Position numbers and translations under genes: made by a program
Notes under the pieces: generated by a model
Databases searched by the model: none
What the model saw: the letters and a program-made list of their open reading frames with translations, nothing else
Told to the model about the DNA's origin: nothing
DNA from: Chlamydiia bacterium
Lineage (GTDB): Bacteria > Chlamydiota > Chlamydiia > Chlamydiales > Rhabdochlamydiaceae
Direction of reading: 5' to 3'
Assembly: GCA_963804085.1 (NCBI GenBank)
Contig: CAWDOQ010000004.1
Span: forward strand, 1-64,000
Length of the DNA: 64,000 bases
In this document: piece by piece, positions 51,087 through 61,509 of the stretch
Layout: each line of letters opens with the position of its first letter
Numbering within the stretch: the stretch's first letter is position 1

Positions 51087-52108
51087 GATTCGATTGTTAC
51101 GTGGTTGAAGGAGGGGGCTTCTAGGGGTTTGGTATGGGATAGCTCTCTAGTTAAGGCCTGTAAAAAGGCCTCTTGAGCTGTGCGTTCGAATTCGGTTTGG
51201 GAGATGGAGGGGTGGTAAGGTGGGTTCCGGCTAAAAATGTTCTGGTTAAGAATAGCAACCATCTTATCTCTGACCAGATTTGCAGAGGTATTGATTTCAT
51301 CAATTAGTGTCTCAATTGGTTCTGCTCCCTCTTTGTCTTGCTCAGTGGGCTGGTCGATCGCTATGAGTTGAAATACTAAGGCCACTGAATCCGATTTTTC
51401 GATATTTATGATCCTTTCAATTTTCCACAACAGGTCATATAAAGTAATAGTTCTTTTACCTGCAAAACAGTGGTGCACATCCACTCCATGCATACCTGTT
51501 CCATTCCAAGAGGATGGCTTGACCCGGTGATGGGATGGAAATGCGACAGCCTCCTCCATAACCGCCTGGGCAAGCTCCAGGTTGATAATCCAAGTATTGT
51601 CAGGCTGCTTCTTTAAGAGAGCATCGAGCCTTGCAGGATCAATGTATCTGTAATTTTGGATAAGATCGGATGATTGTAAAACAATGACGCCATGTTGGAT
51701 GGTGACTATTCTGGTTGCGGTTAAGGATTCACGCGGATTCTTTATCTTTGCAAGAGCCATCTTCCAAAATTCTGTGAGCACACAGGAGCATTCATCAGGG
51801 CTAATAGGTTTTTGAAAACGCTCTAGCACCTTTTTGACGACTTGGTGTGAGCGTTTGTCAACTATTTTTAAAACATAGAGTGAATCGATATTCAAAAAGG
51901 AGAAAGAGTGGCCGAGAACTTGCTCTGAGACCACTTTAAACCGATTGTTAGAAGGAATAAATGGGGCTACTGAAAAGAGCTCGAAGATCCAGACATAGAC
52001 CGCCTCCCAAATTTCTCTGATCTTTTCAAGAAGTTGGGTGCAGCATGAGGGTTCTGAAACAGCTGCTGCCTTCGCAATAGAAGGCGGAAGATTGTGTATA
52101 GTTGTCAT
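51083..52108 (-). CDS. Hypothetical F-box-like protein, candidate effector
   Basis: N-terminus homologous to the 43076 protein; VLGHSFSFLNIDSL..VDKR F-box-like segment. Confidence 0.7.
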   Translation of the reverse strand: MTTIHNLPPSIAKAAAVSEPSCCTQLLEKIREIWEAVYVWIFELFSVAPFIPSNNRFKVVSEQVLGHSFSFLNIDSLYVLKIVDKRSHQVVKKVLERFQKPISPDECSCVLTEFWKMALAKIKNPRESLTATRIVTIQHGVIVLQSSDLIQNYRYIDPARLDALLKKQPDNTWIINLELAQAVMEEAVAFPSHHRVKPSSWNGTGMHGVDVHHCFAGKRTITLYDLLWKIERIINIEKSDSVALVFQLIAIDQPTEQDKEGAEPIETLIDEINTSANLVRDKMVAILNQNIFSRNPPYHPSISQTEFERTAQEAFLQALTRELSHTKPLEAPSFNHVTIES

Positions 52109-52243
52109 AAAAAGCTAAATTTTAGAATTTAAAGAAGCTAATATAGCAGAATACTACATTAAAATCTGCCTGATAAAAATTTACTTTATTAAGAGAGTTG
52201 TGACAAAAAATCCTCAAGAAGCGATTTAACATAAAGGTAATTG

Positions 52244-52343
52244 AGAAACGACCAAAAGGACCTAAGGGACCTAAACGACGTAAAGGACAATGGGTTACGT
52301 CGTTTTGGTCCCTTAGGTCCTTTATGTCCTTTTGGTCGTTTCT
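52244..52343. repeat. Hairpin element family E copy 2
   Basis: agaaacgaccaaaaggacc..acaatgggttac..gtccttttggtcgtttct. Confidence 0.88.
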
Positions 52344-52389
52344 TTTAGGCTAAAAACAAAAATTTAATTTGTCAGCTTAACGCATCAGC

Positions 52390-53442
52390 TTATCTCATCT
52401 CTAATTCTAGGAGGCGCCGTTCGAGGTCTTCGATCTTTTTGACATACTCGTCGATTTTGCGGAGCTGGACCTGCTGCCGGTTGTATTCGGCAAGGGGCAT
52501 AACTGGGCCGCCGGCATACTTACCGGGTTTGTTGATCGACTTGCTTACACCGCCGCGTGTGGCGATCATGACGTTGTCGGCGATTTCGAGATGGCCGACA
52601 ACACCTGCCTGGCCGCCCAAGATGACATGTTTGCCTGTTTTAGACGAGCCTGCGATGCCCGATTGGGAGACGATGATGTTGTGTTCGCCCAAGGTGACAT
52701 TGTGCGCGATCTGGACCAGGTTATCGATCTTAGTGCCTTTTCCGATACGCGTGACTTTAAACCGTGCGCGATCGATCGCTGTATTTGCGCCGATTTCGAC
52801 ATCATCTTCGATGATCACGCAGCCGAGCTGTTCGATCTTGATATGTTCGCCTTTGGCATTTGTTGTATAGCCAAAGCCGCAAGAGCCGATGATGGCGCCC
52901 GGTTGCAGGATGACGCGATTGCCTAGAGTGCACGCCTCGCGGATGACGACGTGTGCATGGATACGGCACTCTTCGCCGATAGTGACCGAGGGGCCGATGG
53001 AAACAAAAGAGGAGATCTCTGTGCGGGCGCCGACAGTGGCATTTTTGTCGATGACAACGTAGGGACCAATTTTTGCATCCTTTGCAATTTTAGCAGTGGG
53101 GTGGATGACAGCCGTGGGATGGATTCCTTCAAATCCCGATTGTCTGTTGTCAGACAGATGGAGGGCTTCTACGATCTGTTGAAAGGTGCGTGAAGGGTCT
53201 TCTGAAACAAGAAAGTTTTTGCCGTCGATACGCGGTATCGTCGGGCTGATGCAGATCACTCCCGCTTCAGAGTGGAGCATCGCTTCTCTGTAGCGCGGGT
53301 TAGCTAAAAATGAAGCATCTTCGGTGCTTGCAGCTTCTAGCGCTTCTACCCCCACGATGCACTGGTCGGGGTTACCGACCAGTGTGGCGCAGGTTAGCTT
53401 TGCGAGCTCTTTCAGAGTGAATTTTTTAGAGGCTTTTGCCAT
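52390..53442 (-). CDS. lpxD: UDP-3-O-acylglucosamine N-acyltransferase
   Basis: Hexapeptide repeats, GFGY, KIDNLVQIAHN. Confidence 0.96.
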   Translation of the reverse strand: MAKASKKFTLKELAKLTCATLVGNPDQCIVGVEALEAASTEDASFLANPRYREAMLHSEAGVICISPTIPRIDGKNFLVSEDPSRTFQQIVEALHLSDNRQSGFEGIHPTAVIHPTAKIAKDAKIGPYVVIDKNATVGARTEISSFVSIGPSVTIGEECRIHAHVVIREACTLGNRVILQPGAIIGSCGFGYTTNAKGEHIKIEQLGCVIIEDDVEIGANTAIDRARFKVTRIGKGTKIDNLVQIAHNVTLGEHNIIVSQSGIAGSSKTGKHVILGGQAGVVGHLEIADNVMIATRGGVSKSINKPGKYAGGPVMPLAEYNRQQVQLRKIDEYVKKIEDLERRLLELEMR

Positions 53443-54071
53443 TATTTCACTTTTGCTTCGCTTTTTGCATCTACAGCTGGAGCTTGAGCAGTTTCTGCTG
53501 CAGCTGGAGCGGCAGGAGCTGGTGCGGCTGCACTCTTCTTTGGGTCGCTGTCAAACATCTTGTCCATCTCGCTTACAACTAGATTTGTCACTTCGAGTTG
53601 GGGATTGAAGAAGAAGCAAGCCTCTTTGTTTACAACCATTGTCAGTTTTTTATCTTTTGCGACCTTTTCTGCAGCAGCGTTGATCGTGCCGGAGATCTGC
53701 TGGATGATGCGCATATTGGCTTGGTTGAGTACTTGGTAGTACTGGTTCTGGTAGCGGTTGAGCTCTTCGGAGAGTGTGCGGAATTTTGTTTTGAGCTCCT
53801 CTTCGCCTTCGGGAGAGAGTCCGTCGAGATACTCAGGGTCGTTAAATTTAGCGTTGATCTCGTTGAGCTGCTTCTCTGTGTCTTCGAGAAGTGTGGCCAT
53901 CTGTTTTTTTAGAGATTCAAAAGAGGCCTGCTCTTGTTTGCCGATTTTAGAGTCGGTCACGCAAGAACCGAAGTTGACGATCCCGATATTAGCGGGCGCT
54001 TCATTTGCTGCAAATGCACTCGTAGAGAGCGCAACTAGTGAACAGAGAGTAAAAAGAAGACGATTTTTCAT
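53442..54071 (-). CDS. skp: Periplasmic chaperone Skp/OmpH
   Basis: Signal peptide, IGIVN, coiled coil; position between bamA and lpxD. Confidence 0.9.
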   Translation of the reverse strand: MKNRLLFTLCSLVALSTSAFAANEAPANIGIVNFGSCVTDSKIGKQEQASFESLKKQMATLLEDTEKQLNEINAKFNDPEYLDGLSPEGEEELKTKFRTLSEELNRYQNQYYQVLNQANMRIIQQISGTINAAAEKVAKDKKLTMVVNKEACFFFNPQLEVTNLVVSEMDKMFDSDPKKSAAAPAPAAPAAAETAQAPAVDAKSEAKVK

Positions 54072-54109
54072 AATTTATGCTCCTTGCATATTTTTTGTTT
54101 TCATCATGA

Positions 54110-56473
54110 CTAGAACTGTCCTCCCATGGAGAAGAAGAATTTTCGTACTTGGTCGTTGCTATCAGGATTGACGGGAAAGCCCAAGCCCAAGATGACAGGG
54201 ACGCGATTGATCAGCTCCAGGCGCACGCCAAATCCGTAGCTCATATTGTATTTAGGAATAGTGAAGCGGTCCAAAGTGACGGAACCTGCGTCAGCAAAGA
54301 CAAACGCATCCAAAAATCTGAAGACCTCTTGCAGGTATTCGACGGAGAGGAGTGAAGAGGAGATACCGCCTGTTGGATCGCCACTGCCGAAGTGCTGGCC
54401 TAGGTCGAACGGTTTGTAACCGCGCACCGAGTTTTCGCCGCCTAAAAAGAAGCGTTCGCTCAAAGGGATGTCGTTAGCAGTAGGAGAAATCCAGACCGGC
54501 TGGATGAATCGGAACTCCCAACGGTATTTCATCACGCCGCGGCTCCAAAGAGACTGGTAGTAGGTGCTCACGTAACCTAAACGGAAAAAGCTGAAATCGC
54601 CACCCACACCGGTAAAGTCTGCTTCGAGGGCAGAACGGAGCCCGCGATGGGGTTTAACTGCGCTATCTGTAGAGTCGTAGCTTAGGGAGGTGCCCACCGC
54701 CGAAAGAATACCGCTATTTTTTGCCTGTCTGCGCTCGACAGGGCCGGTGTCTTGCGCAACGTGGATCTGCGCGTTGCGGATACGGTATTTACATCCAAAA
54801 GTCCAGTAGACAGTAAGAGGGTAGTTGGCATAGACCGTAAGGCCGATCGTGTTGGTGTTGTAATCCTCTGCTTGCAAGTGGCTATGGACAATCTCGCCAT
54901 TGAATCCAACTCTCCAGAGTGTGTCTCGGAAATAAGGGGTCATCCAAGAGAGAGAATAGGTCCTCTGCTTGGCACCGACGTTAAAGCGAGCGTGCGCATA
55001 TTCGCCGCCGCCGCGCACAGCACTAAGCCCCTTTTTGAAAATAGAAAAGAGCCCTTTGTAGTTAAAGTTGCTCTCAGAGAGATCGAGTCCTCCAAACACA
55101 TTGTCTGCGGAGCTAAATCCCGCAAACAGACTGACATTGCCTGTTGTGGTCTCTTGCACTTCGATAAAGACATCGCGGTAGTTTTCACCGAGCGACTGAT
55201 CATCCTGCGTGCGTACGGCATAGACGTTAACGCTCTTAAAGTAGCCGATATTTTCAAGACGAGCTTGAGTCGCTTTTAACTTTGCAGAATCAAAAGTCTC
55301 ACCGGGGATGAGGAGCGATTCGTGAAGGATGACGCCTGCTTGTGTCTGCACGTTGCCGAAGATGCGGATAAGGCCGATCTTGTACTCTTGGCCTTCTTCG
55401 ATTTCGAAGTGAACATTATATGTCGGCTCATCTTCTACCAGCTGTGCATCGTACTGGACGTTTGCTTCGATATAACCTTTGCGTCCGTAGAGGTCTTTGA
55501 CTGCCTGTGCAGTATTGCGCATCTTTTCGGGAGAGTAGACTTCGCCGGGATGGATGATGAAGGTCTTTTCGATCTCTTCGTCGGTAAAGAGTGTATTGCC
55601 GTCAAAAGTGACCTGGCCGAAGTGGAAGATCGGGCCGCGCTCGGTTATGATTTCGATGATGATTTTTCCGGCGGTCTTTGCTTCTCGAATGTTGATCGTC
55701 ACCTTGGCGTCGGCATACCCGCGATTTTGCAGTAGGTTGACGATGGTCAGCTTATCCTGGTCGAGCGCTTCTTCGTTGTAGATGCCGGTTCCGAAGATCC
55801 AGCTCGTGAAGAGATTGTATTTTTTGGTGTAGATCATCTCGAGAATATCGCTGCGCTCGCTGCTTGTAAAACCCTTAAAGACGATATTATCGATCTTGCC
55901 TGAGCGTCCCTCTTTAATGTCGATCTCGACATCCACTTCGTTGGTTTTAGCATCGGGAAAGAGAGTGTATTGGAGCTGCGATTCGAAATAACCTTTTTTG
56001 ATGTAGTACTCTTTCAGCTTGTTGAAAGCCTTATTGAAAGCAGGGCGGTTGAAAGTAGAATGAGGTTTGATGCCAAGCTCTTTTTGCAGAGTCTTTGTCT
56101 TGATGATCGAGTTGCCCTTCCAACGGATGGCGCGGATAACAGGTCTTAGCCATAATTTGATATGCACATAAACCCTGCCATTTTGCACTTCGATTGCGGA
56201 TTCTACGCGATCGTAATCGTCAGAAAGAGCTTTCAGGTCGCTATCAAAAGTGGTTTGCGAAAAGGGGTCGCCGGTTTTTGTCTTGAGCCTGCCGATCACT
56301 TTTTTAGGATCAAAAGAGAAGTTGGGCGGGGGATTTTCTACCGTAACTTCGATATTCTCAATCGTCTTGGAGTCGTAAGCTTCGCTTAAAGGAAGCTCAG
56401 CGCCAAATGTAGTGGCGAGCGGTGCGCAGGTAAAAAAGAGGAGCGATAGCCAATGCAAAGGTTTGTTTGTCAT
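54110..56473 (-). CDS. bamA: Outer membrane protein assembly factor BamA
   Basis: POTRA repeats, FFLGGENSVRGY, C-terminal Phe. Confidence 0.95.
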   Translation of the reverse strand: MTNKPLHWLSLLFFTCAPLATTFGAELPLSEAYDSKTIENIEVTVENPPPNFSFDPKKVIGRLKTKTGDPFSQTTFDSDLKALSDDYDRVESAIEVQNGRVYVHIKLWLRPVIRAIRWKGNSIIKTKTLQKELGIKPHSTFNRPAFNKAFNKLKEYYIKKGYFESQLQYTLFPDAKTNEVDVEIDIKEGRSGKIDNIVFKGFTSSERSDILEMIYTKKYNLFTSWIFGTGIYNEEALDQDKLTIVNLLQNRGYADAKVTINIREAKTAGKIIIEIITERGPIFHFGQVTFDGNTLFTDEEIEKTFIIHPGEVYSPEKMRNTAQAVKDLYGRKGYIEANVQYDAQLVEDEPTYNVHFEIEEGQEYKIGLIRIFGNVQTQAGVILHESLLIPGETFDSAKLKATQARLENIGYFKSVNVYAVRTQDDQSLGENYRDVFIEVQETTTGNVSLFAGFSSADNVFGGLDLSESNFNYKGLFSIFKKGLSAVRGGGEYAHARFNVGAKQRTYSLSWMTPYFRDTLWRVGFNGEIVHSHLQAEDYNTNTIGLTVYANYPLTVYWTFGCKYRIRNAQIHVAQDTGPVERRQAKNSGILSAVGTSLSYDSTDSAVKPHRGLRSALEADFTGVGGDFSFFRLGYVSTYYQSLWSRGVMKYRWEFRFIQPVWISPTANDIPLSERFFLGGENSVRGYKPFDLGQHFGSGDPTGGISSSLLSVEYLQEVFRFLDAFVFADAGSVTLDRFTIPKYNMSYGFGVRLELINRVPVILGLGFPVNPDSNDQVRKFFFSMGGQF

Positions 56474-56541
56474 GGAGAAATTTGGTCGCCTTACAAAAGT
56501 CAGCTGATTATATGGGTTGCCTAGAATAATTGCAAATACAC

Positions 56542-56607
56542 CGTGCCTGAAAACTTGCCCGTGCCCGAAATTAATCCGGATCGGGCACGGGCACGGGCAA
56601 AGGCACG
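56542..56607. repeat. Hairpin element with family-A loop but (CGTGCC)n arms
   Basis: cgtgcc..tgcccgtgcccga-aattaatccgga-tcgggcacgggcacgggcaaaggcacg. Confidence 0.82.
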
Positions 56608-56616
56608 AAGAAGAAT

Positions 56617-57837
56617 TTAGTACAGCAAATGCTTCTTACGAGTCTCAAGAAAGGAGTTGCGCTCACTTTGCTCATAATTGATGAGCTTCCAGGCGACATA
56701 CTTTTCATGGGTGAGAAGCTCCCACATCGCCTCATTTCCGTTGGCTTGGCAAAAAGATTTTTTTGCCGATGCGCTGAGAGAGGCTAGCTTGGGGGAGACC
56801 TGCTTGGGATAGAGGGTTTTAAGCATCCCCATGATCAGATACTGCACTGCCAAAGGTCGGTATTGTAGAGAATTTGTGACTATGATCTTTACTCCTTGAC
56901 ACTCCTTCTCTTTGTACAGGCCGTAAAAAGGACGGAAGCAGAAGGGAATAAATTGGACGCCGGGCAGCTTCTGTGCGTTGAGCTGTGCGGCTAGCTCTTT
57001 TGCCTTGATCCAAGGGGCGCCGACAACTTTAAACGGCAGGGTGTATCCGATGCCGATACTGACTAAATTGAGCGTGCCTAAGATCCCCGTCGAAGCATAA
57101 AAGAGGGGGGTGTCTTGTTCGGGGATGTAGGGGCTAGTTGGAATCCAAGCAAGACCCGTCTCTTTGTAGCTCATCGTACGCTTCCATCCGCGCATCGAGA
57201 CTACTTTTAAGTTGCATCCAATTTTGTACTCTTCATTAAAAAAACGGGCTAGCTCGCCGATGGTCATTCCATGGCAGTAGGGGATGTTGAGATAGCCGAC
57301 AAAAGAGCGCCAGCTCTCTTGGAGCATAGGCCCATCGACAATCACACCATTAATCGGGTTGGGGCGATCTAAAACGATCACATCGATCCCTTTTTTGGCT
57401 GCCTCCTCCATGACATAATAGAGCGTGCTGGCAAATGTATAGGATCTACATCCCACCTCTTGGATGTCGTAGACGAGCACATCGATCCCTTTTAGCATCG
57501 CATCAGTCGGGCGTCTGGTATCTCCATGCAAACTATAAATAGGGATATTTTTCTCTTTGCCGCCTTTCACATGTTCTCCGGCATATATCGAGCCATTGAG
57601 CCCATGTTCGGGAGCAAAGAGTGCGGTAAGAGAAAAGCTTTGCGCTTCCTTAAAAAGATCTACTGTCGACTTAAGCTCGCCATTCACTCCCGTTTGATTG
57701 GTAATCAGCCCCACTCTCTTACCTTGTAACCGGTCAGCGTGTCCCTCTTTGAAAAAGAGATCGATCCCTAGCTCGACCTTAGCGGAGGCGTGCAGCGAGA
57801 GCGATAACAGACAGAAAATAAAGATAAATTTACGCAT
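56617..57837 (-). CDS. Exo-beta-N-acetylmuramidase NamZ/DUF1343 family
   Basis: GLITNQTG, FAPEHG, DIQEVGCRSYT, LDRPNP, HGMTIGELA. Confidence 0.88.
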   Translation of the reverse strand: MRKFIFIFCLLSLSLHASAKVELGIDLFFKEGHADRLQGKRVGLITNQTGVNGELKSTVDLFKEAQSFSLTALFAPEHGLNGSIYAGEHVKGGKEKNIPIYSLHGDTRRPTDAMLKGIDVLVYDIQEVGCRSYTFASTLYYVMEEAAKKGIDVIVLDRPNPINGVIVDGPMLQESWRSFVGYLNIPYCHGMTIGELARFFNEEYKIGCNLKVVSMRGWKRTMSYKETGLAWIPTSPYIPEQDTPLFYASTGILGTLNLVSIGIGYTLPFKVVGAPWIKAKELAAQLNAQKLPGVQFIPFCFRPFYGLYKEKECQGVKIIVTNSLQYRPLAVQYLIMGMLKTLYPKQVSPKLASLSASAKKSFCQANGNEAMWELLTHEKYVAWKLINYEQSERNSFLETRKKHLLY

Positions 57838-57838
57838 A

Positions 57839-58435
57839 TTAAAAGAATTGTCTCCCCGTAAGTGCGCGTGAGAGCGTGCCTCCGTCTACAAAGTCTAAAG
57901 AACTTCCCATAGGTAGACCAAAGGCCAGACGCGAGACTTTAATATTTTGCTTGTCAAGTTGCTCTTTTAAATAGAGGGCGGTCGTATCTCCTTCCAGTGT
58001 CGAATCGAGCGCGATGATCACCTCTTTTACCTGATGCTTTTCAATTCTTTTTTGTAGGTCTTGAAAATTGAGATGCTGGGGGTGGCGCCCATCAATAGGG
58101 GAGAGGAGCCCGCCAATTACGTGGTAGAGCCCGCGAAAGGCGCGTGTCTCTTCTAAGGTGAAGGCGTCCTTGGCAGAGGCAATAATGCAGAGTATATGGG
58201 GATCGCGCTTTGAAAGATCGCAGAAGTCGCACCTGTCGTCCGCCATGAGGCAGTGGCAGTCGGGGCAGTGCTTAATATCCTGTTTTAGCGTGGCGAGGAG
58301 AAGGGCGTAGTCGCTCAGCTGATGCTCAGGCCAGCTCAAGAGCTGGAAGGCAAAACGCTCAGCGGTTTTGCTCCCCACACCAGGAAATTTTTTAAGCAGG
58401 GCGATAAGCTTTAAAAGCTGTAGAGGATATTTCAT
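57839..58435 (-). CDS. recR: Recombination protein RecR
   Basis: PGVGSKTAER HhH, C4 zinc finger, Toprim EGDTTA. Confidence 0.96.
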   Translation of the reverse strand: MKYPLQLLKLIALLKKFPGVGSKTAERFAFQLLSWPEHQLSDYALLLATLKQDIKHCPDCHCLMADDRCDFCDLSKRDPHILCIIASAKDAFTLEETRAFRGLYHVIGGLLSPIDGRHPQHLNFQDLQKRIEKHQVKEVIIALDSTLEGDTTALYLKEQLDKQNIKVSRLAFGLPMGSSLDFVDGGTLSRALTGRQFF

Positions 58436-58544
58436 ACTCTTAAGCTACTAAATTTTCGAATATAGCAAAACTAAATGCTTTTGTTTTTTCGAGAAGTAGG
58501 CTAAAATTGATGGCAACCGTTAACATTAAATTTTAAGCTATTAA

Positions 58545-59540
58545 ATGACACCTAAAGCGAGAATTATAGGCACAGGCTCCTATTTGCCAAAGAAAGTTTT
58601 GACCAATCAAGATCTAGAGAAGATGGTCGAGACTTCGGACGAGTGGATCGTCACGCGTACAGGCATGAAGGAGAGGCGCATAGCAGCAGAAGGGGAGTTC
58701 ACCTCTGATATGGGGGTAGAGGCTGCTCGCAAAGCGATTGCTGCTGCCGGCATCAATGCGGAAGAGATCGACCTTATTCTAGTCGCTACGTTAACACCCG
58801 ATTATATTTTTCCGAGCACAGCCTGCCTTTTGCAGACCCGCCTCAACATTAAAAATGCGGCTGCAATGGATGTTCAAGCGGCTTGTAGCGGCTACATCTA
58901 TGCGCTATCTGTTGCAAAAGCGTTTATCGAATCGGGGATGTATAAGAACGTTCTTCTGGTAGCTTCGGAAAAACTCTCATCGATTGTGAATTATAAAGAC
59001 CGCAATACTTGCATCCTTTTTGGCGATGGCGCCTCTGCTTGCGTCGTCAGCTCCAAGGGAGCAGGGTTACTTGTGCGCGATATTTCGCTCGGCTCAGATG
59101 GCGAACAGGCGGATCTTCTCGTTCTTCCTGCCGGCGGTTCGCGTATGCCCGCTTCTCAAGAGACAGTCTGCTCCGATCAACACTTCATTAAAATGGAAGG
59201 CAAAGAGGTCTTTAAACATGCGGTAAGACGCATGGAGGCAGCATGCAAAGAGTGTTTAGACTCGAGCGGCTTAAAAGAATCGGATATCAGCTGGCTCGTC
59301 CCTCACCAAGCCAATATGCGTATCATCGAAGCGATTGCCAAACGCTTTGAAGTGCCGATGGAGCGGGTCTTTTTGACAATCCATAAGTATGGCAATACAT
59401 CTGCTTCTTCATTGGGCATTGCACTGGATGAGTTACTGCGCGATAAGCCTCTTTCTCATGGTTCCAATCTGCTGCTGACCGCCTTTGGCGCGGGTTTAAC
59501 TTGGGGTGCCTCCCTCTTAACATATGAGGATAAAGCATGA
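58545..59540 (+). CDS. fabH: 3-oxoacyl-ACP synthase III
   Basis: AACSG, PHQAN, YGNTS, FGAGLTW. Confidence 0.97.
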   Translation: MTPKARIIGTGSYLPKKVLTNQDLEKMVETSDEWIVTRTGMKERRIAAEGEFTSDMGVEAARKAIAAAGINAEEIDLILVATLTPDYIFPSTACLLQTRLNIKNAAAMDVQAACSGYIYALSVAKAFIESGMYKNVLLVASEKLSSIVNYKDRNTCILFGDGASACVVSSKGAGLLVRDISLGSDGEQADLLVLPAGGSRMPASQETVCSDQHFIKMEGKEVFKHAVRRMEAACKECLDSSGLKESDISWLVPHQANMRIIEAIAKRFEVPMERVFLTIHKYGNTSASSLGIALDELLRDKPLSHGSNLLLTAFGAGLTWGASLLTYEDKA

Positions 59541-60466
59541 AGAAAAAGATCGCCTTTTTATTTCCCGGTCAAGGGGCTCAGTATGTTGGTATGGGCAAGG
59601 ATTTTTACGACAACTTCGCTGCTGCACGCGCGGTTTTTGAAGAGGCAGATGAGCTTCTCTCTTCTAATTTTTCTCGTCTAATCTTTGAAGGTCCGCAAGA
59701 GGAGCTAACTCTTACTAAAAATAGCCAGCTCGCTATCTACATCGTCAGCATTGCGCTCCTGCGTACTTTAAACAAGGAGTGTCCCGAGATTGAACCCACT
59801 GTTTGTGCGGGTTTGAGTTTAGGCGAGTATACGGCGCTGACTGCAGCAGATAAGATCAGTTTTAAAGAGGGTCTTTTTCTGGTGCAAGCACGCGGTGCGT
59901 ATATGCAAGAGGCGTGCGAGAAGAGCCCTGGAAGTTTGCGTGTTGTACTTGGCATGGAGCCGGAGGCAGTAGAAAAAGCGCTCGCTTCATCCAAAGATGT
60001 ATGGATCGCAAATCTCAATTGTCCCGGACAGGTAGTAATCGCAGGTACGCACACCGGATTAGATGCAGCAGAAGCCGTTTTAAAAGCGCAGGGCGCCAAA
60101 CGTGTTCTTCCTCTAGATGTCTCCGGAGCCTTTCACAGCCCGCTCATGCAGAGCGCAAGGGATAAGCTTGCTCCAGTTATCCAAGAGGTGCCTCTTGCTG
60201 CAACTGAGGTAGCCGTCGTAATGAATACGCCGGGCGATTACGTAACATTAAACGAAGAGATCCGTTCCAACATGATCGCACAAGTCACAAGTCCGGTGCG
60301 TTGGGAGAAGGGAATCCGAGCAATGGATGCACGCGGCATCGACCTCTTTATCGAAATCGGTTGTGGCAAAACGCTTGCCGGGATGAATAAAAAAATAGGA
60401 GTGCAAGCTCCTACGATCAACATAGAAAAAGTCGCAGATTTAGAAGGGGTCTTATGCAATTGCTAA
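59537..60466 (+). CDS. fabD: Malonyl-CoA-ACP transacylase
   Basis: FPGQGAQ, GLSLGEY, VSGAFHS. Confidence 0.97.
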   Translation: MKKKIAFLFPGQGAQYVGMGKDFYDNFAAARAVFEEADELLSSNFSRLIFEGPQEELTLTKNSQLAIYIVSIALLRTLNKECPEIEPTVCAGLSLGEYTALTAADKISFKEGLFLVQARGAYMQEACEKSPGSLRVVLGMEPEAVEKALASSKDVWIANLNCPGQVVIAGTHTGLDAAEAVLKAQGAKRVLPLDVSGAFHSPLMQSARDKLAPVIQEVPLAATEVAVVMNTPGDYVTLNEEIRSNMIAQVTSPVRWEKGIRAMDARGIDLFIEIGCGKTLAGMNKKIGVQAPTINIEKVADLEGVLCNC

Positions 60467-61209
60467 AGGATAAAAAAGCACTTATTACAGGCGGCACAGC
60501 CGGGATCGGTAAAGAGATCGCGCTCGCATATGCAGCGCATGGTGCGCACGTTGTAATTTTTGGAACAAATGCCCAGCGCGCCGAAGAGGCGCTTCAAGAG
60601 CTTGAAAAGAAGAGAGTTTTTCCTGAGCAGACATTCTACGCTGAGATCGTCGACGTTTCGAGCAAAAAATCTGTAGAAGAAGTTATCGAGAAGATGCTTG
60701 CCAAATGGGGAACTATCGATATCCTGGTCAACAATGCCGGAATCACACGCGATGGCCTTCTCATGAAGATGAGCGAAGAGGATTGGGATTCGGTCATCGA
60801 TACAAATTTAAAATCTGTCTATAACACCTGTCAAACCCTTGTTCGCACAATGTTGCGTGCTAAGGGAGGAAAGATTATAAATATCTCTTCGGTAATAGGC
60901 TTGACAGGAAATGCAGGACAAGTGAATTATGCTGCTTCCAAGTCTGGAATAATTGGATTTACAAAGGCTCTTGCACAAGAGCTTGCGACAAGAAATATCT
61001 GTGTCAACTGCATCGCTCCCGGGTTTATTAAGACCCGCATGACAGATGAGCTGACAGAGGTGCAAAAAGAGGCAATTGTTAAGAAAATTCCTATGGGCCG
61101 TATTGGAAACCCACAGGATGTAGCAGATGCAGCAGTGTTTCTAGCCAGCCCCCTGTCCAACTACATCACAGGACAGGTTTTGACAGTGGATGGCGGAATG
61201 GTGATGTAA
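60454..61209 (+). CDS. fabG: 3-oxoacyl-ACP reductase
   Basis: [21 protein letters not shown]. Confidence 0.97.
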   Translation: MQLLKDKKALITGGTAGIGKEIALAYAAHGAHVVIFGTNAQRAEEALQELEKKRVFPEQTFYAEIVDVSSKKSVEEVIEKMLAKWGTIDILVNNAGITRDGLLMKMSEEDWDSVIDTNLKSVYNTCQTLVRTMLRAKGGKIINISSVIGLTGNAGQVNYAASKSGIIGFTKALAQELATRNICVNCIAPGFIKTRMTDELTEVQKEAIVKKIPMGRIGNPQDVADAAVFLASPLSNYITGQVLTVDGGMVM

Positions 61210-61234
61210 TTTTGAACACAAAGAAGGAAATGAT

Positions 61235-61468
61235 ATGACAGTAGAAACAGATGTAATTGACATAGTCACAGAGCAGCTCGGTGTCGACACTACAGACGTC
61301 ACTTTGCAAAAATCCTTTGTCGAAGATCTCAATGCAGATTCTCTCGACCTTACAGAGCTCATCATGACTTTCGAAGAGCGCTTTGGCTTTGAAATCTCAG
61401 AAGAAGAAGCCGAGAAGCTCAAAACAGTAGGCGACGTCGTCGCATACATCAAGAAGAAAAAAGTCTAA
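61235..61468 (+). CDS. acpP: Acyl carrier protein
   Basis: DLNADSLD phosphopantetheine motif. Confidence 0.97.
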   Translation: MTVETDVIDIVTEQLGVDTTDVTLQKSFVEDLNADSLDLTELIMTFEERFGFEISEEEAEKLKTVGDVVAYIKKKKV

Positions 61469-61477
61469 TTCTTATTT

Positions 61478-61505
61478 AGAGAGCAGCGACAAGTCGCTGC
61501 TCTCT
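61478..61505. terminator. Hairpin between convergent acpP and potD; single family-F unit
   Basis: agagagcagcgac-aa-gtcgctgctctct followed by a T run; 61480-61499 is the exact reverse complement of 50911-50930. Confidence 0.75.
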
Positions 61506-61509
61506 CTTT

